A DNA stretch of 61,599 bases, filler included, from Choristocarpus tenellus KU-1152 (GCA_964200185.2; 11 parts of 11 records of this genome joined end to end with filler, not necessarily neighbours in it), one strand, 5' to 3'; counted from the first letter of the whole stretch, positions 24,218 through 37,614 are shown. Numbers and translations are program-made. Notes: generated from the sequence alone by a model not told the origin.

Positions 24218-24488
24218 GGCCTATAGTATCCTAGTGGGTTCAGACGTCCATTCGGGGCCTCTGGGACCCTGTAGTGATTTTCATGTCATTCAAGTGAATG
24301 TGTCAGGTGTAAAGGTGATTTCCTCAATCTGGATGCACCCTTCCTTTTCCATCCCCCTGCCTGGACCAAATCTGAAGGAAAATCAACGGCAAAACGGGCA
24401 TCAAACTGAGGTATTTTGCAGCGCCCCACCTAGTCCCGAATGGGCGACCTGGGCTAACCACCCCACACCCTTTAGGATAACATGGGCA
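24218..24488. mobile_element. MITE family 3 copy (inserted in an RTE LINE)
   Basis: GGCCTATAGTATCCT ... AGGATAACATGGGCA, flanked on both sides by TTGAA. Removing it restores the LINE reading ..RSFKLTVSEKK. Confidence 0.78.
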
Positions 24489-24725
24489 TTGAATGACCTG
24501 GCCACCTTCAAAATTGCTACCATCTTCCTGGCCAAACCTCGTTCAGTCTTCGACACAACAGTCGCATCATCAGTATAGAGAACATATCTCATGAGAGACA
24601 CTCAAGAGTTAACACTCTCCGTGTTGCTCCTCCTCCTCTGATCTGGCTGTTCGCAGCTGCTCTCTTGATGACAAAAACCCTTGGAGATGCCCAGGTCAGA
24701 GGTGAACTCCTTGACTGCTGCGCAT

Positions 24726-24983
24726 GAGTCAAAGTATCTTAGAGAGTAGAGCCACGTCCATTTGGGGACGACAATCCAATGTTGTGATTTTGATGTAATT
24801 TTGGCTATCGTGTTCGTTAGGAAGTGTCAATATCCTTGTTCCGGAAACACCTCTTCATAACGTATACATTTATCTACTCCAAAACATTTTGGAGTAGGAA
24901 AATGTCATAATAAATCCCATGGGAAGCCAAGCCCCAAACGGACAAACAGGGCAAAACTCGTACCCTCTAAGATACTTCCACTC
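24726..24983. mobile_element. MITE family 1, copy e (inserted in an RTE LINE)
   Basis: TIRs as in the other copies; 3-bp TSD CAT. Confidence 0.92.
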
Positions 24984-25048
24984 CATCGCGCTGCAGTTAA
25001 CTAAGAAGATCTTGGCAAGGACGGGTAAGAAGAACACACTGTTGTCAA

Positions 25049-25229
25049 GACTAAAAGTATCTGTGGGGAGGGGGGGGGGGCTACACCAGGGAGTTCATTT
25101 GGGCCATGACCAGGAAAAGTGCACTTATATTATGCACCCGACGTATGCAACAAAATCACCCAAAAATCGCGACATCAAAAAATTGACCCCAAACGGACAG
25201 CCGCCACCCCCCCACACATATCTTGAGCC
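25049..25229. mobile_element. MITE family 2 copy (inserted in an RTE LINE)
   Basis: Matches 20096-20271 (CTACACCAGGG..CCAGGAAAAGTGCAC..AAAAATCGCGACAT). Other copies: ~26761-26936 and partials at contig ends ~16078, ~28758, ~37171-37264, ~53269-53330. Confidence 0.82.
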
Positions 25230-27379
25230 TAAAGACTCTGTCCAACGTCACATAAGTCTGTATCTTCTCCAATCATCGATGCAAGTACATGCCCACGTGC
25301 CACAATGGAATTAGACGCCTCCAATTGGCAACCACAGCCCATAGGAGATTGTGGTCAACAGAATTGTATGTTTTCTGAAGAGGAATAGAGAAAATGGATA
25401 GAGATTCATGGATAATCAGTCAAGCTTTTGGAGGGTACATGTGGTGTACATCGTCTCCAAAGTAAGCGTCGGGTCGGAGATGTGGAGTTATATTTCACCT
25501 TTCCAGGTACTTTCCCGGCCATTGCGCAACGATCTTAAGTAGTACTTTACCAGCATGTACCATCAATGAGATGCCCCTGTAATTACCGCAATCTGTCGAA
25601 TCTTCTTCTTGTGGAGCACTGTGATGACCGCATTCTTCCAAACCTACAGAACAACTTCTTGGTCCCACCCGCATTGGCAACACAATCTTGCGGAAACTCT
25701 CAAGGATAGACTCATCCTCCTTTAGGTCAACTCCGACCGTGACATTTTCGGCACGCTATTGCCTGTTTGTAGCACCCAAACCAGATTTAAATTTCAACTG
25801 CATGTTCATATGAAACAAAACCCATTCCACCATTGGTCACAGACATGGCTGGTTGACTTAGATTATACTTGCAATTAATCGACGGGCACTTGCTTGTTAA
25901 AATCCCAATATATCATAGAGTTAGGGACCGACGTTTTGAGAATCAGAAACCGCAATTGAAATGAGCAGGCTGGTTCCGGAGTATAGCCAAAAAATATATC
26001 TGAAATAATATTCCTACAAAAAACTGTCTTTTAGCATCAATATATTTCGTCTGTTTTTCGGTCGTTCCGCTACAATCTGCCCGTTCCACCAGGATTCTCT
26101 ACTCGTTTTTCGTACAAAACAACGCCACACAAGTAGTATACACACACCAACTAGGATGCATTTTCATTCAACTCCTATGATGTGAAGTGCATGAGGTCAG
26201 CCTTCGTAACCTATGCAACACACATAATATAGGGTTTGGGTCATATTTTCATGTACATGCTTCCAGACATGCAAGCCGCAAGCTTTTCCCATGGACACGA
26301 TATTTACACATGACCTTGGCTTCAATTGACCAGAAAGGAGTCAAAATGGCTTCAATAGTCCTCAAAACAATAAAGCAGAGGATTTCTACACCTTGGAAGG
26401 AGTTTGAAACTATCATTGGTGGGATTTTTTCCGTACCTTAAGGCAACTTTTATATGGCAACTTTCGTACGCTATAAATGCTTCCATACGCATTAAACTCC
26501 TCAGTCTGAATCAGACAATATAGGAAAATTAGAGGGTTGCTTCTCCACTTAGTACCGCATTTGTCGTGAAGGTCACATGCCGTCAAGTGATCTTGATCGC
26601 TCCAAAAGCACTGAGAGAACCAACTCCTGTTGATCCCTCTCTTCCACTTGTTGCAACAAACCGGTCTAATGAGCACAGACGTAAATTGACTACATTTTGG
26701 AGAGATATTCCTTGAGATTTCTTGGCAGGGGTCACTTTATGCCCCTTTAGTCCAACCATAGACCCCAAGCATCTGGGGGGGGGGGGCTGTCTACATCAGG
26801 GTGTCTAATTGGACCAAAACCAGGAAACATGTGCTTACATCAGCCATCCGACATATGCAACCAAATCACCCAAAACTCGTGACTTGAAGAAATCGACCCC
26901 AAATGGACAGATGCCAACCCCCCCTCGAGATACTTGGTATTCAATGAAGAATTCTACGCACGCCACTATCATTGAACAGGTGAGAAAGGAACTGGCTATC
27001 CTCGACGAAGATCAGAAGCATATACACTTTGCAAAGACATTCCTTGTGGGGTGGGACAACACCTTGAGCACCTCACAGGCAAGAATCGACAGTAGTTCTA
27101 CAAAATATCATTTCTTTCCTCTTTCATCAGCAGGGCACAAAGGCCGTACACTAGAGAGTTGAAGGTGAAACAAGTGGCTGAGAGGTAGAATCCTTCTGGT
27201 ATCAACCTTGCAGAGATGTGACATATTATGCAGTGGACTGCACATACTGGGATGTGTTTGTACACTAATTTCTCCTCAGTGTGTAGCCCTAACCCTAAGT
27301 AAGTACAAAAGAAAATAGTAGTATGAAGTATTTCTGTGAGTTGTTGCAGTAAAGATCTGCTCTTCAGCCCACCCATTAT

Positions 27380-27760
27380 CATTGGTGATGATCAGCTGAG
27401 TCCTGGTTTCTGTTTCCGTTTTTCATCGCAGGAGGTGGAGGACCTTTGCCTCTCTAACGGAATGGCTGCTGCCAACATGCTGGCAGAAATACTTCAGTTC
27501 AACTTCTGGGCAGTCAGGCATGTATTGTAAACAGAGCCTCATCGCGAAACGAATTATGTGATGCGACCGTCACAAATATTCTATGCTGTAAAATGCAAGA
27601 GAACTTCTGGAAGTGCTCAAGTCGAGGAATACATACTGAAGCCCGGGAAGATGGGGGGAATAGACAGTGCAAAATTGTCTCCTCAACCTCTCACATTCAG
27701 GTCACAGTGAAAGTCCTCTGCCATATTAGAGATACAAGATAGGATACTGAAAGTACAAAT
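27380..27760 (+). pseudogene. Possible PIF/Harbinger transposase remnant
   Basis: FCFRFSSQEVEDLCL resembles the N-terminal FRF motif of Harbinger transposases; the rest is highly degraded. Confidence 0.3.
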
Positions 27761-28000
27761 GTCCTCAACCCTTGGTTGACAAGAGACTTTGATAGGTCTA
27801 ATCAACACTTATTGAACAAATAGAAAGACAAACCACTCAATCCATTCAAAAGATCGATTACCATACAATATCACACCATTCCCCGAGGCTGCACTGAGTT
27901 AACAGCTACGCCATGTCACGAATTTTTATATAGCACCCAAGTCAATAATTTTGTGAAGAAATATAGGGCTACCATAGAGCCTCGAAGCCCCCAACTGTCA

Positions 28001-28259
28001 GAGTGAAAGTATCTTAGAGGGTATGAGTTTTTCCCAATTTGTCAATTTGGGGCTTGGCTGCCCACGGGTTGTTAATGACATTTTACCTACTCCAAAATAT
28101 TTCGGAGTAGGTAAAATGTGTACGTTATGAAAAGGAGTGTCCGGAACAAGGATATTTACATCTCCGAACAAAAATGAATGCTAAAATTACATCAAAATTG
28201 CAACATTGGATTTTGGCCCCCAAATGGACGTGGCTCTACCCTCTAAGATACTTTGGCTC
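28001..28259. mobile_element. MITE family 1, copy f
   Basis: GAGTGAAAGTATCTTAGAGGGTA ... TACCCTCTAAGATACTTTGGCTC. Confidence 0.92.
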
Positions 28260-29849
28260 TGGAGATGAAGGCAGGAAGGGGGCCTCAACATACTTGATCA
28301 CCCCTGCATTGGTAAGACTAGTGTATCTGACTCTAACCAACTTTCCTGTTTAATCAAACCCCTAATAGGTAGGGTTGCAGTTTCATTGGACAACCGATGT
28401 GGCTACCCTGTTCAGCTATAGTAATGAAACAGTGTGAACTGGAGTAGTTTGTGAAGGTGCAGAGCAGGATATTTTTTAGTACAACAAGCACCTTGATGGA
28501 AGAAAGTACTTGACAAAGAACATAATAATTTCACTTGCTCAGAGGAACACTACTCTGTGAGCTTGGAAGAAGGATTCTAGCAAGGGTTCTGCAAAATAAT
28601 ATTTTTTGTTGGTGGACTCCAATCTTTCTCCTTTTATCCCAACATTTCCACTTTCTTCACCAATACATGATAAAAGCAATTAGATTGTTTTCAGCAATTT
28701 ATAGCACTGCTACTTGCTAAGGAATGCTATACACTCTACACATTCATACTACTTCAGGACCAAAGTATCTAGGGGGNNNNNNNNNNNNNNNNNNNNNNNN
28801 NNNNNNNNNNNNNNNNNNNNTTAATTAATTAANNNNNNNNNNNNNNNNNNNNNNNNNNNNNNNNNNNNNNNNNNNNGGTGCAGAGCCTGCCAAGACTCCC
28901 CCCGTCACAGATGATGGCTCAACCCCAGGTGTTGACACCCTGCCTTGCTCCGCCTTTGGGAAGAACGGTGGGGTCATATGAGTAACGCCAAGGTCTTGAG
29001 CTAATTTCTTTCTTCCCAATCGGGTATTTCATTGACTCGTGTGCTTCAACGGAGAGAGCAACTCATGATTGATAGAAACCTGGTATCTGTCCCCATGCCC
29101 AGTAATGCTGTCAATACTATTATAAAGTACTGTTACAAAGTTCTGCAGTATCAACACTCACCGTACCATCAAGCAGATACTACCTACAGGACTTATGTGT
29201 CAGATGCTGCAGTCTTAGAGTTAGGGCCAGTAGCAAGTAGTGCTTTGTTTCAGAATTGTGGGAGGCGTGTGCTCGTGTGGTGGCAGTGGAGACCACGTTC
29301 AGATCAGGAACTTACAACATATGTGAGGATATCTTTTTCTGACTTTTGAATACTGAGCTTGGACTGACCAACAAAACTCATTGAGTTCACATATATACCC
29401 GGAAAGCATTACAGCACATGGAAAACATGCACTAAATGGTTCTTCAGAGTAACATAGACAACAAAGCCATTCAAACAAATGCACAAGCCCCAGAAGTGTA
29501 ACCTTGACTTTCTTCAAATGGTGATTAATGTACAGAAAACATGCATATATATATATTATATATATATTCGGATTTATTATTTTGTGTTCATCTCAATCTC
29601 GCCCAATAAAAACCCCTGACCATTCTTGACCCAAAAGGCAAGGGGAACCAAACAATCCAGACAAGATAACCAATCCGAAAAATAGATCAGATACTTTCAG
29701 CACATCAAAGAAAAAAAATTAAGATAGAAAATATGTATGTATATTGTATGATCCAAACGTTACAGATCTCTGTCGATCAAGACTGGAAATTTCCATTCCT
29801 GCACCTCTACTCAGAACCAACACACACAGTATATCCCACACACCCCACT

Positions 29850-32600
29850 AATAAACTGCCACAGTCACCGGCGAGGAGCTGCATGACCGTCTACCACCAC
29901 GGCCATTCTCTCTCCTCTCATCGCCATCGCCCTTTGTGGTCTGCACTCCAGGGCAGTCACCTATGGCTCCGGGGCGGTGTCCATCACCGTACAGATGTGG
30001 TGCATTCACGTACACCAACTCTGTTATTGGACGCAGTCTTTTACACAGCTGACGCGTCCGCCGAGCAAATATCTTTGTTGTATTTTTTTTTGTGGGCAAC
30101 ATGTGTTGGGACAGGAAGGTGTTTTTTTTTTTTCCAATCTAGACATTAGAGCTAGGCAGAAGAGAGATCTCATAGTCGTGACAATTTGGTCGACCAGTGG
30201 AGGTGTATGGGTGGGGGCAGTTTGGGCGACTTGGGCACGTTTGTGATGCTTCACAGATGTAAACACCACCATGAGAGAAGACAGATCCGCACGGGCACTG
30301 AAGACAATGCAAGATGACCCCTCATGCAAGGGGAATTGAATCATAGATTCGGCAGCGCCAAACCCACCTCAAGGTAAGTGAAACAACACAGGTCAGCAAC
30401 AGTCATACCAATATCACTCCCATCTATAGATCTAACTCTGCTGGGAGGGATCATCGTGACTAGCATAGATTGAGATGAGTATCGGCATAAACCAAACAAT
30501 TGACACAGATCAATGACAGACTGCGATGGGTACCTCAGCATCTTGTCGTGACCCATGCAAGCAGAGTATCCGCAGCTTGGGTCTCACACGCTCACTGACC
30601 ATGTAGAGGGCCTCTAGTTGAGCATCCTGCTTCAACAGTTGGACGGAATATAGATCTCACCCAGTGAGAAAGAATACGATGGAAGAGGTGAACTACACGC
30701 ACGAATTGGTGAGGGAAGCTGTTCGCCCCTCCCCCTGCAATTTGTTAAGCGTGGATAAAAAGAGAAAAATCCAAGGTCCATGGAATGGGATTTGGCCATG
30801 TCAGACATATCAACGTAGCCTCTCGAGGTTTTTCATTGTTGAGTCTGGGCGTATCAACATTTCAACGCAAACATCGCAGAACTCCCAACAGTGTATACAC
30901 ACACACCATTGTGAACCCAACCTGTCAAATCCCCCCCATTCAATCGCCTGCATCTTCCGTCTTCCAAGCACACACCCACACACCTCTAGATGACTGGGGT
31001 CGAACACTCTCTCCACAGGCACATATAGTCCCTGTGGGGATGCCGACGCAAGCACACTGCGCTGCAGGGTCATGAGAGCATCAAGCCTCTCCAAGTGCAC
31101 AATCTCCTCCCCAGACGCTATCCGTTGAAGCCAGTCCCCTTTCAAACCTAGTTGTACAACTCTTCTCCTACGGTGCTGAGGAGGAAACAGGACCCGGTCA
31201 ATGTGGTGTAATGGAGGGCGGGATCAGTTGCATTACTCTCCAATTGGTCAACACTCGGTGGTAATCTTTAGCATCATGGCGTGGGGGTGAGGGGGTGTCG
31301 ATGTGGCGCAATGGAGAGGGGGTATAGTTGTCAAGCTATTAACAGATGATGACAGTCCACATGATTGCTAGGCAAATTTTGTCACCTCAAATTCATGGAG
31401 TGGGGATGGCGAGGACAGAGCACATGTCTTAAAGGAGGGAGGGGTTATTCTGACCTTCTCCCCAGAAGGTAGGCGGTCCGGCTCCCAGTGCAGACGAACA
31501 CAATCTGAAGCCCGGGCATTCGACCCCTTGCGTGAACGTGTGGGCGAGGGCGAAGTGACTTCGAAAGTATCTCCACTGGCAGCTCCAAGTCTGAAGAAAG
31601 GAGGCGAACCTGGACATTGCGAGGTTCCTTGGTCTTTTTTTGTGCGTTTGAAAGTGTCAGAACACACTGCCTGCGCCAAGCACTTCTGGAAGAAAGAACG
31701 TCGCACTCGTATGGCAAGTAGTATCTCTTTCACCTTCTTTGTACCCCAGGCTGACCGATGCATTTCTGGAAGGAGATTTTAGGGGCTGGGATTACTGGCG
31801 GTAGGGTGGGTTGCCGTCAGTTCTGTATGGAGACTTCTGAGGTAAGGGCAGAGGTTGTGGTGGGATTTTCAAGTGACAAAAATGTTTCTCGTCGTTGGAG
31901 TGGGAGTGGACGCAACAAATGGCCATCCTCCCTCAGAAAAATGCACTTCAGAGAGGGAACTACGGAATACGGACCAGAAACCACTTGTCATGCATGAAAG
32001 ATGTAGATCACTCACGCACAAGGAAGCTGGTATTAAACCACATCATACGCGTGCTATCCTTCTCATAGCAAGAGTTTCCCAGAAAGCATCCTGTTGATAC
32101 GATATGTGGACCAAGGTGTTCGCAACAAGTGCGGAACAGAACCACTGTGTCTCGATCGTGCTGTAGGCGCAACGATAGCATAAGTGCATAAAAAGAAGTA
32201 GGTGTTGGAACGGCTCGTGAGGGGAGACATACTACATTTTGCCTCACAATTTGTGTTGCCTTATAGTCTGTATAGAAAACTAAAACAAACAACGAAATCA
32301 AAGCTTCGCCACAGACCTGGCACAGCAACTGATTGCCCTGAGAGGGCCACGACCACTGTGCCATACTGTAAAGCTCCATGTCAAGAGAGGTCACCCCATC
32401 CATATTGGTATTCTCAGTGACCAGGTCGTCATTCAGATTGTGCCCACGACAATTATGCAATGTGTCGCTATTTCCATCTCGCATGCTCCTTCCTGGGCAC
32501 AAGCCCGGCTCTTCTTCCTGGTTTCCAACCTAAAGAGATTGTACTCCCTTGATTTCTCCTTTCTGAATAGTCATGCACGCCCTGCTAGACACCCTTTTCC
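29850..32600 (-). mobile_element. Highly decayed Ty3/Gypsy internal region
   Basis: Broken GC-richer ORFs in gag, RT, RNase H, integrase order: RT-like GLYVPVERV..LERLR (30810-31145) and integrase-like PLHEG...KRAQVAQTAP..LVDQIVTTMRSLF (30024-30344). Confidence 0.45.
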
Positions 32601-32769
32601 TCTCTTATCTGGTTACAACAACACTACCTACACATCAAATCTGGATACTTACCTATTCTTGTACCTCAACTGACATGGCATACGACTAAAACCAACACAA
32701 AAACATACAAGTAACACATTTTCAAAATATTGAACTTCCAAGAAAAAGGCGACCCACAGTCTTAAACAC

Positions 32770-33705
32770 AACTCCCATGACAATAGAATGCTACCCACGC
32801 ACCTGAGTGAGATGGTGCACAAACAAGTTGCCTAACTCCTCAACACCTGGCCCCTCTCTTTCCGCTTAGACTATTCGGTAAGGGTCACTCCCCCCACCTT
32901 GCACGCTCCACCATGGAACATGCGGACAACACCTCACTGTGAAGGCTGGAGATGATTATGGGGGTAGCAGACTAAGACGAGCCACCGACTTTTTTGAAGG
33001 GGTGCTTGAAAATGTGTCTCTCCGCCTGGAGACATACCAACAATTACAGGCACAGATACCCACAAGGTCGGGGGGGTTAGGCCTATCCTCTATGAAACAT
33101 CGTCCGTATCCAGCAGCCTTCGTAGGATCACTGGTGGCCGCTCTCCCCACCCATCTAGAAAAGAAACAAGGTTCTCATGGAGACTCTTTCTCGCAAGCCA
33201 TCTGTATGAGGCCCACAGTTAGTACTCTGGGTTCATCTATCCACACCCTCCTCTCGACAGGAGTCCCTTCAGAAGACTTGGCGGAAATTATTAGTAAAGG
33301 CTGGGAGGGAACAGCCACCCCGGACCTGCCCCAGAGCTCCACACTCTGACATCCCATGATGCCAGGATAACAAGGAGAGCATAGCACGAGATCACCTGCC
33401 TCTTGAAAAGGATCCGCTTCGACTCTTTCCGGGTGCAAGTGGCCGACCTACCTGATGATGCAGAATAAGGGAAGGAAACTTCCTTGCTTGCCCTGACCCG
33501 ACACAGAGCCAGTGTGGACAAGGGGCAAATGCATGGGCCTCCACACAACCCCTGGAATCAGCATATCAGATCCCTCCCATAGAGTTTAGACTCACTGCCA
33601 GCAGATCCCGAGGGAGGGAGGAGGCCCTATCCAACAGATGCCCAGTGACTGGGTTTAAATGTGAGCACTACACATGCTCGCACCTGCCCTTCGGCAGGGG
33701 GACAG
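32770..33705 (+). mobile_element. CRE/R2-like non-LTR retrotransposon fragment (RT C-terminus to zinc knuckle)
   Basis: QAQIPTRSGGLGLSS..AAFVGSL (the LPxxxGGLG motif), followed by a CCHC remnant HARTCPSAGG at the contig end. Confidence 0.75.
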
Positions 33706-34102
33706 NNNNNNNNNNNNNNNNNNNNNNNNNNNNNNNNNNNNNNNNNNNNTTAATTAATTAANNNNNNNNNNNNNNNNNNNNNNNNNNNNNNNNNNNNNNN
33801 NNNNNCCCCCCCCCCAACCCCCCTCTTCTACACCCACAACCCCCCGGAAGCGGTGATATGCACACTTCCAAATACAGCATGTTTTTAGTTGGATAATCTT
33901 GTTCCCACTCAATGTACACCTCGATACTATTCCAAGAGATATGCATGGTGAGGTGAGGTGGGTAGGCTAACGGAATGTACTTGAAGAAGTATGTTCAATT
34001 TTAATGTGTAATGTTGGAAGATTTGAGTGCTGCCGCTTTGCTCCGGTGTGTTTGTGTGTTTGTGCGTTTGTGGTTCATCTGTGATATTGCCCTCCTACAA
34101 AG

Positions 34103-35482
34103 CCTAAACAAGTCAGGAGGGGGTGAGGCCATCATGTCCAGGCTTACTACCAAGGCCTGCGTTATTGTTCGTTTGCGAGCTGATGGACCTACCAAGGTAT
34201 GTACAAGCAGTATGTTTGCATTGTATGTGTGTTATGTGTGTGATATATATATATATGTGTGTGTGTGTGTGTTGTTGTATGTGCCTCTTCTAAGGTATGT
34301 TTATTTTTTATGTAAGTAGTATGTTTGCATTGTGTGTGTGTTATATATGTGTTATATATGTGTTGTTGGGTGTTCAGGCGTAGAAAGAGGCATGTTGTGT
34401 AAGTGTGTTTTTGTAGCAGTCTATGTAGGTCACTTTTGTAACATGGAGTACTTAGAGACACATCGAAGGTTAGGGTTAGGGTCAGGGTCAGGGTTAGTGT
34501 ACACAAACATGATACAGAAGGTGTCTGTACCAGAACAACAGATAGGATAGGAAGTTAAAAGAGGGTTGACTATACCACACCTATACCTGGCATGTGTTTG
34601 TGCAATTTTGTGTAGTCATTTATGTGAGTAGGTACAGGCACACACACACACAGTATGAATTAGTGTATGAAAATAAAAATACGTTAAGAGTTGCCATTCA
34701 AAATAAACAAAGAAACTTCCTTCATACCTTGTCCTTCAGGTATTGGAGCTGACGGAGGAAGCGGATGGGGACGATGACGAAGATGACCTTGCTGTTTCAG
34801 TTGCTCTGGGCAAGGGCAAGGGAGGGGGTGCTGCTGCCACTGCAGCAGCCAATGCAGTCATGGCTCAAGGGCGCATCACGAATGTGTTCATGCTGCAGGT
34901 TAGATGAGGGAAGTGGATGAGGTTGGATTGATGGCATGGCTAGCAACTCTGTCATTCCAATAGAATAGCCTGTACTATTAGTACACTTAATACTGTGCCA
35001 GGATGTACGTCCATGCTGTTAGCCAATAGGATCAGCTCTTCTGTCCTGCTGCCTCGTCTAACCCTTTTGAAAGTCTCCTCTGTCCTTTTTATTATTTCCC
35101 GATATAGGTTCCAATGCTATTAACAAACACTATGGGGTTGGGGTTAGGGTTAGGGAGAGGTCGTTACCTCTTAGTAATTTTGTCTCATTTTCTTTGCCGT
35201 ATCTTAGTGGTCTCATCGTAGCATTTGTCTCATTTTCGTTTCTTCTTCTTAACTCTGTGGGGGGGTGTGCCTTATTGTGGTGTCAGATGGCTGGTGTTGG
35301 GGTGTCTCTTGTGGACGGACGGCCTGTGGAACTGCTATACCTGTTCCTCGACACCATACAGGCGGGCGTCACTAAGACTGTTGGACATCGTATGCTTTCC
35401 TTCACTGTTGAGCAGCTTCAGGCAAGGGATGGGGAAGTTCATCCTGCGATATATGGTAGTGGTAGTAGTGGTAGTGGTAGTG

Positions 35483-35530
<48 letters not shown>

Positions 35531-36715
35531 ATCCCAGTAAATATGGTATGTTGACCTGTTTTTTTAAAGTCACAACTGCAATACAAAGGGTTGATACACG
35601 TAGTTGTACCTTGCACTCCAACTAAGTTATGAGGTAGCTCAAAATACTGTTTTTTTCTGTAAAAAAAAATGTTGTGAAAAAGGGAGGCAGAGAGTTTATA
35701 TATGTAGCAGAAACGGCCAGAGAGGAAAGAGGTGGATCAGTTGTTGGCATTTGATTTGTGCTTATTTGACCGTCATTGTATTTACCTGAGCCTCATTGTG
35801 GCAAGAGCATATTGGGATGTTGTAGGTGTTCCGGGGTTTAGGGTTAGGGTTAGGGTTGAATGTTTGAATCGATGCTGTTAGAATTTGGGTTATAGCTTGA
35901 AATGGTTAATAACTAGGAGATGTCATGACCGTTTTTTTTTTCTGGATCAAACAGTGTAGAGCCCTCACCTCAAAAATTGCTGTTGAAATATTTTCCCTTC
36001 CCTGATGGTCATAAAGAGGTAGGTATACTTGTTGACATGGAACTGCTTTCCTCGAAATAGGGTACTGTAGTTCATACCAACTTATGAACGTCCATGTCTA
36101 TAATACGGTATATATATCTGTTAAGGTGTCCTTGACGATCTATTGTCCCACACAACCAGTTACATTATTGTTTATTAGCTTGTATCACAGTTGAGAAGAG
36201 AGTGAGACACCATCACTAGATGGGGCTCACCAAACCTTGCAGTAAATTACTCAGAATACCAAATGGCTCAACAGTTCTCTAACACACGTCGGAGACACTC
36301 CGACTCTAACATTCCACCAATTGCTTCTGGTCAAATGATACCCCTAACCCTAAATATCCTTAATGTCCCGGATCATCATCTGTACATAAAAAAAATATCT
36401 CTTAGAATGTTAATTCTCACAAATGGTCAACCATGATCTTAACATTAGTACATACAAATTGCTCAAATGTCAATGGTATAGTTGCACTTTTTCTTATCCA
36501 CTTTTGGTCATCCTTGCACAACTTACTGCTAACCCGTCAACAAATGATACCTGTTTTGTTTTTGTGTGTTAACAGGTGGATAACCAGCTGCCCTCGGCTC
36601 TTTTCCCTGCTCTGCTCAGGGCCCGTCCTCTGCCCCCACCAAGGAGGCTCCCAGATGGTAGCATTAATATAGGCCTCATTCAACTCGACGGCCTTGCACC
36701 TAGGCCTGCAAACCG
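34103..36715 (+). CDS. VPS13: VPS13-family lipid transfer protein, internal exons from the C-terminal region
   Basis: Exons ~34103-34196 (..VRLRADGPTK), 34740-34898 (VLELTEE...NVFMLQ), 35287-35421 (MAGVGVSLVDGRPVELLYLFLDTI...VEQLQ, GC donor) and 36576-36715 (VDNQLPSALFPALL...). ADGPTKVL, GVGVSLVD..P.ELLY and LQ.DNQL...FP are VPS13 hallmarks. Confidence 0.9.
35455..35530. repeat. (GTA/GTG)n microsatellite in a VPS13 intron
   Basis: About 25 triplets. Confidence 0.9.
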
Positions 36716-37614
36716 GTGGGATGTTCTTGTTACTGTAACTGTGAATGAAAAGGTTGCTGTAACTGAAAATGTTACTATTGCTGTAAATGTTACTGTAACT
36801 GAAAAATGTTACTGTTACTGCGATTGGACTTTTTTTAACTTGTGGAAGATGTTAGGGTTAGGGTTAGGGTTAGGATTTTACAAAAAAAAATGTCATATTT
36901 TGTTCCTGTTTGTTGATACACAGTAACAGTGTGCTGTTTGTGGTAGTAGTAACTGCCACGTCTCTTTTTTCTTTTAATTCAAGTTCTAGGGTTTTGGGGT
37001 AGGGCTAAACTTTTTTTTTTTGTCTGTTCAGAGAGTGCTTGCCTGGAGGTGTAAATCTGGAAATATCCCCNNNNNNNNNNNNNNNNNNNNNNNNNNNNNN
37101 NNNNNNNNNNNNNNTTAATTAATTAANNNNNNNNNNNNNNNNNNNNNNNNNNNNNNNNNNNNNNNNNNNNGGGGTTGGATTTAAAATTTCAGAAAAAAAA
37201 GGGTTGTTGGGCCGAAACGGACCCCCCCTCACAAACCCCCCCCCCCCCCAAGATACTTTGACCCAAATACCATCCTATTGAAGGAGGGCAGTCACAGCCA
37301 AGCAAAAAAATGGGGCTCACTCTGGAAGGTTGTAAATTTGTCTCCCCTTTGCCCACAACCAATACAGGTGCCACCAACAGTGGTGACACACACACTCACC
37401 GCCCTGCAAGTGATCAGAAACTGAAATAGGTAAAGAGGAGAATTTTGTACTAGATCAAGAGTTGAACAGGTTATGGACATACACACACATGCCACAAGAG
37501 CGAATGTGCATGTATGTGAGTGCATGCAGATGCAGGAACATGGTGTCTTACCAGAGGTGTAGTTTCACCCTCTGAGAAGTTACTAATGGCTGAAAAACCC
37601 ATGACTAACAAGAT

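Larger units (their letters stand above)
23650..25745 (-). mobile_element. RTE-clade LINE reverse transcriptase, decayed and split by three MITEs
   Basis: Motifs in correct order on the minus strand: [23 protein letters not shown] (~25520-25600), a GLRQGCVL-like segment around the 25049 MITE, LYTDD (YADD) ~24565, and ALYDR..LELNIRVLRAEVLEFLLCGGVTWTL ~23915-24015. Confidence 0.88.

Noticed and set aside
35194-35625. Poly-Ser, poly-Val and poly-Thr ORFs
   Set aside because: Produced by a (GTA)n microsatellite; only 35287-35421 is coding.
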